From a virus (taxonomy: Duplodnaviria; Caudoviricetes): a stretch of DNA of 64,000 bases. The notes beneath the pieces are model-generated. The model was not told where the DNA came from, did no database searches, and saw only the letters and a program-made list of their open reading frames with translations. A program made the position numbers and the translations under genes. The stretch lies in IMG/VR virus record IMGVR_UViG_3300033463_000012. One strand, given 5' to 3'. Each line of letters opens with the position of its first letter. The stretch's first letter is position 1. This document shows, in pieces, positions 28,667 to 37,168 of this stretch.

Positions 28667-28673
28667 CTAAATT
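28667..28673 (+). promoter_or_regulatory. Putative late promoter CTAAATT (fibre 1)
   Basis: Exact intergenic motif. Confidence 0.7.
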
Positions 28674-28712
28674 GACCAGGAAAAGGATCAAATCGTATTC
28701 AGGGTAGGATAT

Positions 28713-31700
28713 ATGGCCAATTCATACGATTACAACGAAGTTCAGCCGGGTGCATCTGACATTGACCGTGAGGCTTGGCCCGTCATGTATGACCCCTATG
28801 GGGACGATGACGGGTTGAAGGAAGTATCAACCAAAGACACGAACACGGTGGACTTGTCGGGGAAGGGGACATCCAACAGCAAGTTGTCCGCGGACGTGAA
28901 GGTGAGCAAGCAGGAAAACAATGCCTTGAAGGCCTTGTCCGATGGCTTGTATGTGGCGGACAAATCACCTGTCCTGTCGATCAAAGGTTCAGAATTCATT
29001 GACGTTTCCTCGGCGGAGCCACAGCGTCCAGTCATTTCATTGAAGAAATCCGAAGATGAATCCAATGACCTCGTGGACAATGGTGGGCTTTATGTTCATG
29101 TTCCGGTGAAGGAAATTCAGGGTTCCGACACGGTGGACGTTTCCAAGGAAGATGACACTTGGTCAATAGATGTGAAACTTGACCCGAATCAAGGAAATGT
29201 CATTCTGTCCACCGAAAATGGACTGAAGGCGGAGATAGCTTCCGGGGTGATCACAGAGGTCGAGGGTTCCAATTCAATCTCGGCCACAAAAAGCGGGAAT
29301 GTCTACACTCTTGACACACTGATTTCGACCGCAACCGACAATGCCCTTCAATCCACGGAAAACGGGTTGTATGTTCCTAATACCGTGGTCCCTGAAGATT
29401 TCATCAAATCCGTGGACGACACCGACTCGATCACCCTCACGGTTGACGAGAATGCAAAATTGACTGCAGATGTCAAGGTGGACAACACCAATCCTGGAAA
29501 CGTGACTTTCTCCTTTACTCCGAATGGTTTGAAAGGCGAAGTCGAAATTCCTGCGGATTATGTCACTGGAGTTCAGGACACGGCCGACGTCAAGTTGTCA
29601 GTGAATGAAGGAATCCTGAGTGCAGAAATCGCTTCAGGGGTGATTCCTGAAATTCGTGGTTCTGAGTCAATAGACGTTCAGACTTCTGGGAACGTGAATG
29701 TAATCACGACCAACATATCCAGTGCAGCTGACAATATGATTTCAGTTGCAAGTGGTGGCCTGTATGTTCCTCCGACCGAAATCCCAGATGTTCCTGTGAA
29801 GAGTTTGGTCGAAGGCAATTGTATTGAAATAACTGAAAATCCTTCTGGAACATTTGAAATAGGAACGAAAGTTTCAGAATTTTATGACAATGACCTGACA
29901 ACCAAATCCGATGGACTTTATGTAAGGGTTCCTGTAAAGGAATTCACCGAAGGAAATGGCATAGAAATCAATGACTATGGTGGTGAAGGGAATTTCACCA
30001 TTGGACTCAAGGGCTATTCAATAGAAAACCTTGATGGTGAAAATGGCGTAAATGTTCAATCTGATGTCGATGAAACCAGTTGGACAATTTCAGCCAATAT
30101 CTCGGAAGACGAGGGAAACAAGGTCGAAATCAGTGAAAATGACCAAGGTCTTTATGTAGGTCCAGAACTTCCCTCTGGTGGTTCAGTCGGCCAGGTGCTG
30201 AAGAAAACCGCAAATGGTTCCGAATGGGGAGATGAACAAACTCAGTATGTCTCGGGAATCACAGACTCCAACACAATTTCCTTGGCTGTTGATCAAGGTC
30301 AGCTTTCCGCCTCTGCAAACATTTCCAATGAATCCGGAAACATCCTTGAGGACAGAAACGGTCTTTATGTTCCGAATTCAGTGATTCCCCAGGACTTCAT
30401 TCGGTCGGTCGGAAACACTGATTCAATTTCCCTGAATGTGGATGCAAATGGGGAACTTACAGCTTCGGCCAGAATAGACACCAACAACCCCGGTAATGTT
30501 CACCTGAGCATCACTGAAGATGGCTTGGTGGCTTCTGCAGACATTCCCGAGGACTACATCAACAACGTGGTCGATTCGGAAACCGTTCATCTTTCAGTGG
30601 ATGACGGGGACCTCTCGGCTTCGGCAAAGGTATCTTCAAAGGGAGACAACCAGACTGATCCCGCGAATGCCCTGGAAATCGAACAGGACGGCCTTTGGAC
30701 TCCCACCCTCTACCTTGGACCATTCGATTCCTCGGCTCGTCCTTCTGAAGCGATAACTGGTCAATACATTTTCGACACTGACCTTGGATATTGTCTCTAT
30801 CGTCATGGAGGTGCATGGGTCAACTCAACCGGCGCCATAGTCGAAGGAAACGTTGAACCCACAGGTCAGGCGGTGGATTGGCTGGTGAATCCGATGACCG
30901 CCTATGGAGACTTGCTCGTGGGTGGACCTAGCGGAACTCCAAGTGCAATGCATGTCGGGCCTTCTGGAGCCTATCTCAAATCCGGTGAAAATGGTCTTGA
31001 ATGGGGAGAAGTGAATTCCCTGGTCCTTTCCGACCTGGCCGACAACACAGCCACCGTGATTGAGGATGGACAACATGATGGCCTCTATGTTCCTCCTAGC
31101 TCACTTGAAGGAATGATAACCACTGCAGGTGATTTGATTGCAGGTGACGCCAGTGGTGAACCTGATACATTGTCCAAGGGAACAGTCGGGCAAGTCCTTA
31201 CCTCGACCCAGAACGGAATTGAATGGCAAACCGGTATCCATGCACCCAATGTGGAAATCGCCTCAACCAACAGCACTGACTTGACCTTGTCCTCCCGTAA
31301 CGCCAAGTGCCAAATCTACACTGACTCCTCTGAATCCATTTACATAAAGACTTCGGACGATGCACTTTCGGCCAAGATGATCAACATCATCTCCGAACAG
31401 GAATATGGCGACCCGGACCAGTATGGAAACAGGGCCCGGTATCAGTCCTATGTGCAAATTCTGGACACTTATGGCGTCTACATGGCGACGAACAATGGAA
31501 CCATTAACATTTCCAATTACTCGAACAACCTCAACTCCTACATCCAGATAACCAACCAGGGCTCGTCCAATATCAAAATCTACGGTCAGAACGGGTTGAC
31601 TATCGGTGCTTTGAACGATAACTGCAAGACCTACTATGGCTGGAGCGACACCCTGATGGAAGGCGGTTTGGTCAACGTCAAGTCGAAGAGCAACACGATG

Positions 31701-32777
31701 ACCATAGACGGATACAGCAACACCTTCATTTACAGCCGAAACGGATATGTTCGTCTGGAAGGCAAAAACGGTATTTATCTGAACCCCAACACCAATGCCG
31801 GGGTATACGCCAATACCAACAATGGAGGAAACCCGAACACCTCCTACTACGGCGCCTCGTTCTCTTTGACCACCTCCTCGTTCAACACGCAGACGATGTA
31901 TATGGCCAACCACGGAACGGCGAGCGAAATCAGCTCCTCGATCGTGGTTTCACAGTCTTACGCCGGGGTTTCCATAGTATCGCAGAACCCCTATGATGGG
32001 ACGTTCGTTGCGAAAATGACATACTCCTCGGAAGGCAGTCTCCAATTCGACAACTATCCTTCCGAATACGACGACACAAAGACCTACGAATTACTGGGTA
32101 TTCAAACCGACGATGGAACGGTCGACAAGGTATCCATGACGGATGCCTTCAACTCCGGTTCTCCGATTACCTCTTACGGCGACCTGATCTACGGCGACGC
32201 TTCGGGTATCGCTTCGGCTCTCCCGATAGGAACCGAGGGGCAGGCTCTTGTTGTGGACTCCTATGGTCAAATCGCCTGGGAAGACAAACCCCGTTCTTGC
32301 CAGGAAAACTATGCTTTCGTCAACTCCACCAACATCGAAAGTGCAGATGACTACAAGGGAAGATTGTTTGTTTCCCGGGTAATCTGCAACCACGACGGGA
32401 ACTATTCGGAACTCGGGTTTGCCCTGAAATCTGGCACCACGGGCAAGGTAGGCATGGCGATATACGACGTGAACAGTGATCTTGTGGCACGGACGGAGCT
32501 GATCGAAATTTCCAACCCGACAATAGATGGATATATCTACTGGCATGAAACCGAAAACGAATACGTTTTGCATGCCGGGGAAGAATACTACTTCGCGATA
32601 TGGTTTGGTGATTACCCATATTCCAATACATTGCAGGTGTTCGCAAAGGTGGTCGACAGCTCCCTTGATGCCTTAATGATGGGGACGGTAATCGGTCAAC
32701 AGTCGATAACGGAAATGCCCACAACTCTTGGAACGCTGAACTATGAACGGTATTGCTTCCACATGTCAGCGAGGTAG
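28713..32777 (+). CDS. Large repetitive tail-fibre-like virion protein 1
   Basis: Many N-x-L-xxxx-GLYV repeats, GDLIxGxASG..GQVLT modules, late promoter. Confidence 0.8.
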   Translation: MANSYDYNEVQPGASDIDREAWPVMYDPYGDDDGLKEVSTKDTNTVDLSGKGTSNSKLSADVKVSKQENNALKALSDGLYVADKSPVLSIKGSEFIDVSSAEPQRPVISLKKSEDESNDLVDNGGLYVHVPVKEIQGSDTVDVSKEDDTWSIDVKLDPNQGNVILSTENGLKAEIASGVITEVEGSNSISATKSGNVYTLDTLISTATDNALQSTENGLYVPNTVVPEDFIKSVDDTDSITLTVDENAKLTADVKVDNTNPGNVTFSFTPNGLKGEVEIPADYVTGVQDTADVKLSVNEGILSAEIASGVIPEIRGSESIDVQTSGNVNVITTNISSAADNMISVASGGLYVPPTEIPDVPVKSLVEGNCIEITENPSGTFEIGTKVSEFYDNDLTTKSDGLYVRVPVKEFTEGNGIEINDYGGEGNFTIGLKGYSIENLDGENGVNVQSDVDETSWTISANISEDEGNKVEISENDQGLYVGPELPSGGSVGQVLKKTANGSEWGDEQTQYVSGITDSNTISLAVDQGQLSASANISNESGNILEDRNGLYVPNSVIPQDFIRSVGNTDSISLNVDANGELTASARIDTNNPGNVHLSITEDGLVASADIPEDYINNVVDSETVHLSVDDGDLSASAKVSSKGDNQTDPANALEIEQDGLWTPTLYLGPFDSSARPSEAITGQYIFDTDLGYCLYRHGGAWVNSTGAIVEGNVEPTGQAVDWLVNPMTAYGDLLVGGPSGTPSAMHVGPSGAYLKSGENGLEWGEVNSLVLSDLADNTATVIEDGQHDGLYVPPSSLEGMITTAGDLIAGDASGEPDTLSKGTVGQVLTSTQNGIEWQTGIHAPNVEIASTNSTDLTLSSRNAKCQIYTDSSESIYIKTSDDALSAKMINIISEQEYGDPDQYGNRARYQSYVQILDTYGVYMATNNGTINISNYSNNLNSYIQITNQGSSNIKIYGQNGLTIGALNDNCKTYYGWSDTLMEGGLVNVKSKSNTMTIDGYSNTFIYSRNGYVRLEGKNGIYLNPNTNAGVYANTNNGGNPNTSYYGASFSLTTSSFNTQTMYMANHGTASEISSSIVVSQSYAGVSIVSQNPYDGTFVAKMTYSSEGSLQFDNYPSEYDDTKTYELLGIQTDDGTVDKVSMTDAFNSGSPITSYGDLIYGDASGIASALPIGTEGQALVVDSYGQIAWEDKPRSCQENYAFVNSTNIESADDYKGRLFVSRVICNHDGNYSELGFALKSGTTGKVGMAIYDVNSDLVARTELIEISNPTIDGYIYWHETENEYVLHAGEEYYFAIWFGDYPYSNTLQVFAKVVDSSLDALMMGTVIGQQSITEMPTTLGTLNYERYCFHMSAR

Positions 32778-32779
32778 TA

Positions 32780-33199
32780 ATGATAGGTTATCATCTTTCA
32801 CTGGTTCCGAACATTCGCAAATTCCAATCTTCAAAGAGCGGAAGCGGTTTTGGGACGAATTTCTATGGTCCGGGACTCTATGTGGCTTTGGACACGGAGC
32901 CAATAGAAAACTGGGCCGAAATGATGGATGCTGATACATACTACGTATATGAAGTTGAAATCCCCGATACAGCCAACATACTGGATGACGAGAACAAGTA
33001 TTGGGACGTTGTGGCCAAATACGTTGATTTTGACAAAGAGGAGCCAAGCAACGAGGATTTGCGAAGGGCTTCCAACTATATGGTCAGAAAACTCGGCTAT
33101 GAAGGACTGAATTATTGGAATGAAGAGGACGGAAATGCAATAGTCCTTTGGAAGCCTTCAGTCGCTAGGATTGTTTCAATGAAAGAACACAGAAACTAA
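32780..33199 (+). CDS. ADP-ribosyltransferase-fold protein
   Basis: YH..F....G...YGPGLY, YVYEVEI, GYEGLNY..IVLW pattern typical of polyvalent-protein ART domains; start 32780 after GAGG. Confidence 0.6.
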   Translation: MIGYHLSLVPNIRKFQSSKSGSGFGTNFYGPGLYVALDTEPIENWAEMMDADTYYVYEVEIPDTANILDDENKYWDVVAKYVDFDKEEPSNEDLRRASNYMVRKLGYEGLNYWNEEDGNAIVLWKPSVARIVSMKEHRN

Positions 33200-33202
33200 A
33201 TT
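33196..33202 (+). promoter_or_regulatory. Putative late promoter CTAAATT
   Basis: Exact motif overlapping the upstream stop. Confidence 0.7.
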
Positions 33203-33241
33203 GAACAAAGCCAAACAGAAGAATCGATTTGGACAAGGAAG

Positions 33242-34063
33242 ATGAATATGTTCGTAATGAATGATTTGACGAGAAGAGCCATTGTCGAGGCCATAAGGAA
33301 ATATGGTCTCACCAGGTGCTACGAGGAAGACCTCCACAAGGGTTCGGCGCTCTACTGCTATTGGGTGAACAACAACTTCTTCCAGTCCGAGGCTTACAAG
33401 GTCCTAATGGACGTCGAGAACAAGTTCGGTGCACATGGTGTTCTGGGCCGTCCTCGTGACCATTTCTCCCAGACCGTCGTGGAAAGAACCGAGGAGCGGA
33501 TGTTCAACTATGGTTTTCGCGGTGGACGTGTCCTATACATCGTCGACCCACTTTCATTCGAGATTGACTCCTATCTGGACAAGAACAACATCCCATCAAA
33601 GGAAGGGGAATATCTGAAAGCCGTGGAAGAAATAGACCGCGAAGATGAATCCAGAAACTACAGAGGCAGTATGCTGAAAGAGTCCTCCGATAGCAAATAC
33701 GAACTGACCGATGAGACGATGAAGTGGAAAGGTTGGTTGGTTTTATATCGTATTCGTGCACTTCGTTCCTTTGGAGATGTGAAGAAGGGAGACAAGGGCG
33801 GCTGGGTCGAAAGAATCGGCAATCTTTCTCTCAGTGGTGATTGCTGGATATACGACGATGCAAAGGTGTTTGGACCGGCAAAAGTATGTCATGATTCCCA
33901 AGTTCGAGATGAAGTCGAAATTCAAGGATATACCGGAATATACGGAAATTCCAAGATATGTGGAAACACCACAATAGGTGGGCGATCATCGTTGACAGAT
34001 GTCGAGGTTCGTGGGAGAGATGTCAAATTATATGACGTCACATTACAAGGTGTGCGAAAATAG
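33242..34063 (+). CDS. Two-module protein: unknown N-module, linker EDESRNYRGSMLKE, hexapeptide-repeat module
   Basis: C-module KYELTDETM.WKG..LYRIRAL is homologous to the start of ORF 21029. Confidence 0.85.
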   Translation: MNMFVMNDLTRRAIVEAIRKYGLTRCYEEDLHKGSALYCYWVNNNFFQSEAYKVLMDVENKFGAHGVLGRPRDHFSQTVVERTEERMFNYGFRGGRVLYIVDPLSFEIDSYLDKNNIPSKEGEYLKAVEEIDREDESRNYRGSMLKESSDSKYELTDETMKWKGWLVLYRIRALRSFGDVKKGDKGGWVERIGNLSLSGDCWIYDDAKVFGPAKVCHDSQVRDEVEIQGYTGIYGNSKICGNTTIGGRSSLTDVEVRGRDVKLYDVTLQGVRK

Positions 34064-34086
34064 ATGTTCTGCAAGGAACTGTTTTC

Positions 34087-34125
34087 AAGACCCGTCCCCC
34101 ACAAAGGAGCGGGTTTTCTTTTTTC
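34087..34125 (+). terminator. Rho-independent terminator
   Basis: AAGACCCG-TCC..GGA-G-CGGGTTTT followed by CTTTTTT. Confidence 0.75.
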
Positions 34126-34130
34126 AGGGG

Positions 34131-34137
34131 CTAAATT
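34131..34137 (+). promoter_or_regulatory. Putative late promoter CTAAATT (fibres 2 and 3)
   Basis: Exact intergenic motif. Confidence 0.7.
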
Positions 34138-34175
34138 GATCAAAGAGGGTGGTCCATGAAGCAGGAGGACGGCCA

Positions 34176-37154
34176 GTGAATTTTTACAAGGTTCAGACAG
34201 GTTTTCAGATAGTGGATCCTAGTGGTGTTCCTGGGACCCCGATTGATGGCATTTCGACCACATTGACGGATTCGGTTTCCAAACTTCCCACTGACAAGGC
34301 AGTCTTGGATGCAATCGAAGTAGCCAAGGAAGAGGCGGAGGCCAGCGGAATATCGAAGGACATTATCACTTCCTACGGCGACCTCATCCAGGGTAATGCC
34401 TGCGGGGAACCTGAAACGCTGGGAAAGGGAACAAAGGGCCAGGTCCTCACTTCAACCGAAAACGGCCTTGAATGGCAAACGGGGATACATTCGCCCAATA
34501 CCGAAATCGCGGCGACCGATGACACGACCCTGGTTCTGACCGGCAAAAACCTGGAAATCGGACAGCTCACCCCCTACGGACAGCAGGGCATCACCACCAT
34601 GGACATCGAAATGAAGTCGGCTGGTATGGTGACCCTCTATTCAGAATCGTCAGGGGTAGTCGCATCCGCTCCAGCAGTCGATCTCATGGGTAGTGTATAC
34701 GTCAACACCAAGGCAAGCTCGATAACCAACACCTCCGACACCAACATAACGTCGTTTGCCAATTCCGGTCGTTTTTCCGTATTGACCAACAAGAGCCCTT
34801 CCACCGGCGAATACACCGACGCCATGGAAATCGGCATAACTGGTTTCCAGGTCCGGTCCAGTTCCTACAACAAGCAGGAATCGAACGGTCCCCTCACGAT
34901 AAAGGCGCAGGCGCAGGGCGAAATCTACACGGCCTCGACCTTGACCATTCACTCCGGAAACCCGATTTACATCAAGACGGACACCGGGGCGCCCATAAAG
35001 TTGTCCACCGAGTCTTCCGGCTCCGCTCTCGCATATGTTCAGATACAGGGAACTTCGATTTCCTTGAGGACCAACACCGACGCAACTCATTACGGGGAAA
35101 CGACTTACGCTCCCACTTCGATTTCCACCGGTTTCACGGGCGCCTCCTCTCCGACCGCTTTGACGGTATACAGCTCCTCGAACATAGTCGGTAGCGCAAA
35201 GTCGATTAGTTTCATTTCGGCGGTGGGTTCCGGTGACTCAGGGACGGCTTCGTTCAATGCAGGTGCAATCGGAGGAACGACCACAATATCCGGTTCCACC
35301 ATCCAGTTGATCGGTGCTCCAAATGGCGCCATGTACATAGACTCGAATGGCATCAGAATTGTAGATGTGCAACATCCGGTTTCAGTGAACTCCGCTGGCT
35401 TTGGTGTAAACAGCTATGGTGAAGTAAACATAAAGACGGCGGACGGGGACAACATCCTGGTTGAAACCTATCCTGATGGTGGATTGATCACCCTGAAGGC
35501 AGCGTGGGAAAACGGAGACGGGGACGTTGTTCATTCCACTATGGTCTTGGATGGGGAAAATGGAATAAATCTCACCACCCCGTCCGTAATTGAACTTGAA
35601 GCCGAAGACACCATAGCGCTCACTTCAGAATCCGCGATTGAATTGGAATCGACCGGTGGACAAATAAACATCAAGGATTCCGGTGGGTCGGACATCACAA
35701 TTCTCTGCAAACCCACAAATGCTGCCTGTGAAGGCAAGGTATTGGCTGGTTCCTATTATGTTGAACTGGATAGCGTGGGAAATGCAACAAACAAATCGTC
35801 CCTTAGACTTGAACCAAATACCGTGATCGGCACTGTGAATGCATCTGGTCCCGGTGCCAGTATGGAATTCACCGCAAGATCAGACCAGGAAACAAGCGGG
35901 ACGACTGAAACAAGAACTTCCTACTTCTCGATACATGACACTAATGGCATTACGGCCAGCACGTCCTATGGTCCTATCTCGTTGAGCACTCCCGGACCAA
36001 TCGCTGTTCTTGCTGGTCCTTCCATATTCCTCAGCACCACGGCATTGTCTCCCACGAACATCAACATAAATGGCTCCACCGCCAACCTGTCTGCAAGTGC
36101 GAAATCAATTTCAATGATCGCCGCTGTTGGGTCGAATGACTCTGGCACCGCTTCATTCAATGCCGGTTCGATAAATGGCACTACCACGATTTCCGGTTCT
36201 TCGATAAGTTTGATTGGTGCACCTAATGGAACATTGAGCATCAATTCAACCGGGATGAACATCATTCTTCCGACATTGCCAATAATGATTTCAACAACGG
36301 CTGTTAGGATTCCTGTCTACAATCGGCCTTATGATTCCACTCGGACATACGAGTTGATGGCCAGGGACACCACGGAAGGATATATTGACAAGGTTCCGAT
36401 GGCAGACGTGTTCGCCGCCGGGTCTCCCATGACTTCCTACGGGGATTTGATCTATGGTGGTGCATCGGGAACTCCTTCCAGACTTGCAATAGGATCCACT
36501 GGACAAGTCTTGACAGTGAATGCTTCCGGTGTTCCCGAATGGGCGAATGGAGGTGGTGGAGGAGCGGTTCAGTCAGTTTCGGACACTGATTCCATTTCCT
36601 TGACTCTTGACCAGAATGGAGATTTGACAGCTGACTTGAATGTGGACAATTCTTCCGGAAACGTCTCGCTTACGGTTGGCAATGATGGCCTGTATGGTGA
36701 AGTCGAATTCCCTGTAGCGGCACTTGATTCCGGAAGCCCTGGCATTCTGGTCACCGGAAACATTGTCAATGAATACAGTATCGGTATTGTAATATCGAAC
36801 AGACAGGACAACATCCTTGAAGAAGTGGATGATGACCTAAACAATGGCCTGTATGTTCCTCCGAGTGAATTGGATGGATTGATCACAACTGCAGGTGACC
36901 TGATAGTCGGCGGAGCCAGTGGCGAACCAGAAGCGCTATCAGCCGGGACGGAAGGACAGGTTCTGACCATAAATGCCTCGGGTGTTCCTTCATGGGGAAA
37001 TGCAGGAGGAACCAATTGGTATTGCGGTTCCTTCACAACTGCAAACAGACCAGCCAACCCGACCGAAGGCCAATATGGATACGATACCACGATAGATTGT
37101 ATCATCTATTACATCGGCAATTATTGGAGAACTGCAGCCGGAGCCATAGTTTAA
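34176..37154 (+). CDS. Tail-fibre-like virion protein 2
   Basis: GTG start after GGAGG; shares GDLI..GQVLT, GLYVPPS and RP...GQY.YDT modules with fibre 1; internal ~54-aa duplication. Confidence 0.8.
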   Translation: MNFYKVQTGFQIVDPSGVPGTPIDGISTTLTDSVSKLPTDKAVLDAIEVAKEEAEASGISKDIITSYGDLIQGNACGEPETLGKGTKGQVLTSTENGLEWQTGIHSPNTEIAATDDTTLVLTGKNLEIGQLTPYGQQGITTMDIEMKSAGMVTLYSESSGVVASAPAVDLMGSVYVNTKASSITNTSDTNITSFANSGRFSVLTNKSPSTGEYTDAMEIGITGFQVRSSSYNKQESNGPLTIKAQAQGEIYTASTLTIHSGNPIYIKTDTGAPIKLSTESSGSALAYVQIQGTSISLRTNTDATHYGETTYAPTSISTGFTGASSPTALTVYSSSNIVGSAKSISFISAVGSGDSGTASFNAGAIGGTTTISGSTIQLIGAPNGAMYIDSNGIRIVDVQHPVSVNSAGFGVNSYGEVNIKTADGDNILVETYPDGGLITLKAAWENGDGDVVHSTMVLDGENGINLTTPSVIELEAEDTIALTSESAIELESTGGQINIKDSGGSDITILCKPTNAACEGKVLAGSYYVELDSVGNATNKSSLRLEPNTVIGTVNASGPGASMEFTARSDQETSGTTETRTSYFSIHDTNGITASTSYGPISLSTPGPIAVLAGPSIFLSTTALSPTNININGSTANLSASAKSISMIAAVGSNDSGTASFNAGSINGTTTISGSSISLIGAPNGTLSINSTGMNIILPTLPIMISTTAVRIPVYNRPYDSTRTYELMARDTTEGYIDKVPMADVFAAGSPMTSYGDLIYGGASGTPSRLAIGSTGQVLTVNASGVPEWANGGGGGAVQSVSDTDSISLTLDQNGDLTADLNVDNSSGNVSLTVGNDGLYGEVEFPVAALDSGSPGILVTGNIVNEYSIGIVISNRQDNILEEVDDDLNNGLYVPPSELDGLITTAGDLIVGGASGEPEALSAGTEGQVLTINASGVPSWGNAGGTNWYCGSFTTANRPANPTEGQYGYDTTIDCIIYYIGNYWRTAAGAIV

Positions 37155-37168
37155 GAGAGGTATAGAGT

